Below, piece after piece: positions 58,761 through 60,517 of a stretch of 60,517 nucleotides of DNA (position 1 is the stretch's first letter; the number at the start of each line of letters is the position of its first letter). Made by a program: the position numbers and the translations under genes. The stretch comes from an uncultured Paenalcaligenes sp. (lineage in GTDB: Bacteria; Pseudomonadota; Gammaproteobacteria; Burkholderiales; Burkholderiaceae_B), in the NCBI GenBank assembly GCA_947626245.1, contig CANQRK010000001.1:1-60517 (forward strand), given 5' to 3'. The notes below the pieces were generated by a model, which was given only the letters and a program-made list of their open reading frames with translations, did not search any database and was not told the DNA's origin.

Positions 58761-60517
58761 ATGAACCACTTATTCTCCCGGCGCGACTTTATTAAAATAG
58801 GGACGTTCGCTGGAATTACTGTTTCGTTAGGGCGCTTGCCTTTTGCTCATGCCCTCGAGGTACACTCCGGGTCTGAGCCAAAAAATTGGCTTAGTCCAGA
58901 TGGCAGCGCTCGATATAGATGGGATGCCATTCGCAAAGTCACTGGAGACAAGGTATTTGCACGCGATTTCCGTGCGCAAAACATCGCTGGCTGGCCCAAA
59001 GCACAAGCGCATGCTTTTTTTATTAAAGCAACGCAGGTTGACCGGGTGTTTGAGGGGGTGGATTTATCTGTTTTAGGTCCAGAGTTGCAACCTGATCATT
59101 TACTCTTTCACGAAGATTTAGAGCGGGATGGTATTCACGTACCTGAGCCAGCTGATTTAAGTTTTGAGTTTTATGGCAAATATTTTTTAGTTCCCAAAGG
59201 CACGACGGCTCCGATGTATGGGCATCCTGTTGCCTTGGTGGTGTATTACGATTTTGATAAATTTGAAATGGCGAAGCGTGCTCTACGCTTTGATACCGAT
59301 GTAGTGCAATACGGGGTGGCTGCTCCTACTGCGTTGCCACCTAATTATGGTGCGGCACGTTATGTACGCATAGGTGGGGCTACACCGACGGATCCTGCGC
59401 TGTATTCCCCTATGAAAGACACCGTGATTTGGGGCAGTTTTGATCATAATAATCCGGTGTGGCCTCCTACCGATCCTGATAATGATTTTTTACCCCATTC
59501 CGTTAGTACCAAACACCGTGGTGGTGGCGGGGTACGTGATCCCAAACAGGTGGCTGAAGCATCGCGCAATCAAATGAGCGAGGGGATGGATGCAGCGGTT
59601 GCCATCGAGGCCGAGATAGCTGCTGCACGTCTAGACCCAAATAAAATTGTCTTGCAGCGCAAAGGCTATTCGCAGTCCATTGAACCTAGTGCGATGGAGC
59701 CTGATAATGGCAATGCGTGGTACGACCCAGATACTCGTACATTGCATTTGCTTATTGCAGCGCAGTCACCTTACGAGGTGGCTCGTGTAGCAGCCGATAT
59801 GGTCAAGGGCAATACCCGTTTTCCGGTAGAGCACATCAAACTGCTTACCGGTACCACCGTAGGCTATGGGTCCAAAGACCATTCTATTTTTCCATTTTAT
59901 GTGATTGCAGCCTGTTTTTATGGGGCAGGCCGTCCGGTACGTATGGCTAACGACCGTTACGAGCAATTTCAGCTGGGCATTAAGCGCCATGCTATTGAAA
60001 TGGATGTCACCTTGGTGGCCGATCGTGCCACCGGGCAGTTTGAAATCCTTAAAGGCTTTTATGACTGTAATGGTGGGGGGCGAGCTAACTTTTCTTTCTC
60101 GGTGGCTCAGGTAGCGGCTACCGCCGCGCAGTCTATTTACTATTTTCCTAAGTCCGATGTGGGGGCCATGGCATTGGCGACCCCAGCCGTAGAGGCGGGC
60201 TCTATGCGGGGTTATGGCACGATTCAAAGTATGTCCATGACCGAACTGATGGTCGATGAGTTAGCCGCTGAGCTAAATATGGATCCTATAGAGATTCGTC
60301 GTCGTAATGCATTGCGACCACAGTATCCCAATACTCAAGGGGCAGTTCAGCTAGGTGACCCTCGTTTGGTAGAGATGTTGGATTTAGCTAAGCAGCACCC
60401 TTTATGGGTGAACAGAGAGCAAGCGAAAAAGGAGTACGAGGCAGCCAATCCAGGACATAAGTACGGGGTGGGCTTTGCTCAAGTACAAAAAGACTACGGT
60501 ACCGGGGCGGACACTTC
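58761..60517 (+). CDS. Tat-exported xanthine-dehydrogenase-family molybdopterin-binding subunit (3'-truncated by window)
   Basis: Manual translation: MNHLFSRRDFIK Tat motif, DAIRKVTG, SAMEPDN, QSPY, TVGYGSKD, GSMRGYG; no stop seen in the stretches translated; absence from the ORF track is consistent with a frame open to the window end. Confidence 0.88.
   Translation, partial: MNHLFSRRDFIKIGTFAGITVSLGRLPFAHALEVHSGSEPKNWLSPDGSARYRWDAIRKVTGDKVFARDFRAQNIAGWPKAQAHAFFIKATQVDRVFEGVDLSVLGPELQPDHLLFHEDLERDGIHVPEPADLSFEFYGKYFLVPKGTTAPMYGHPVALVVYYDFDKFEMAKRALRFDTDVVQYGVAAPTALPPNYGAARYVRIGGATPTDPALYSPMKDTVIWGSFDHNNPVWPPTDPDNDFLPHSVSTKHRGGGGVRDPKQVAEASRNQMSEGMDAAVAIEAEIAAARLDPNKIVLQRKGYSQSIEPSAMEPDNGNAWYDPDTRTLHLLIAAQSPYEVARVAADMVKGNTRFPVEHIKLLTGTTVGYGSKDHSIFPFYVIAACFYGAGRPVRMANDRYEQFQLGIKRHAIEMDVTLVADRATGQFEILKGFYDCNGGGRANFSFSVAQVAATAAQSIYYFPKSDVGAMALATPAVEAGSMRGYGTIQSMSMTELMVDELAAELNMDPIEIRRRNALRPQYPNTQGAVQLGDPRLVEMLDLAKQHPLWVNREQAKKEYEAANPGHKYGVGFAQVQKDYGTGADT

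Noticed and set aside
58827-60227. Short ORFs 58827..59012, 58843..59076, 59717..59950, 59766..60227 and 59905..60114
   Set aside because: Shadow frames of the molybdoenzyme gene starting at 58761.
1-60517. CRISPR arrays, IS elements, prophage, rRNA or tRNA genes
   Set aside because: No repeat-spacer periodicity, transposase, integrase or phage ORFs, or structural RNA signatures were seen.

Overview
Gene-dense bacterial chromosomal window, probably a betaproteobacterium (Alcaligenaceae-like; inferred from gene content). I saw no rRNA, tRNA, CRISPR array, integrase or IS. In order: (1) the 3' part of a sufC-D-S-U-T Fe-S operon; (2) an EAL-HDOD protein, an aryl-alcohol-type dehydrogenase and a lipocalin; (3) a GntR-controlled operon (Rieske oxygenase, glutamine-synthetase-like ligase, ferredoxin, reductase, Liv-type ABC importer, class I glutamine amidotransferase) that looks like gamma-glutamylation-dependent aromatic-amine catabolism; (4) an NTF2-like gene and clcA; (5) catR divergent from one co-oriented run catB-catA-benABCD-benK-pcaIJF-pcaD-catC-benE, which continues by an ATGA overlap into two dynamin-like GTPase genes; (6) a luxE/luxC-type fatty-acid-reductase locus without luciferase (LuxE, LuxC fused to a PaaK-like adenylation domain, a second PaaK-like ligase, and a degenerate anti-sigma-kinase-GNAT fusion) facing a STAS protein and a Cache-HAMP-PP2C-kinase sensor, with no sigma factor; (7) an SPFH/NfeD pair; (8) a FadR regulator fused to a LigI-like lactonase, divergent from a TRAP transporter and a second lactonase paralog; (9) a Kch-like K+ channel; (10) an AIDA-type autotransporter broken by one in-frame TAA; (11) a Tat-signal xanthine-dehydrogenase-family molybdoenzyme running off the window end and absent from the ORF track. 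Locus 6 is the best candidate for an undescribed system. All family calls come from motif recognition by eye, not database searches.
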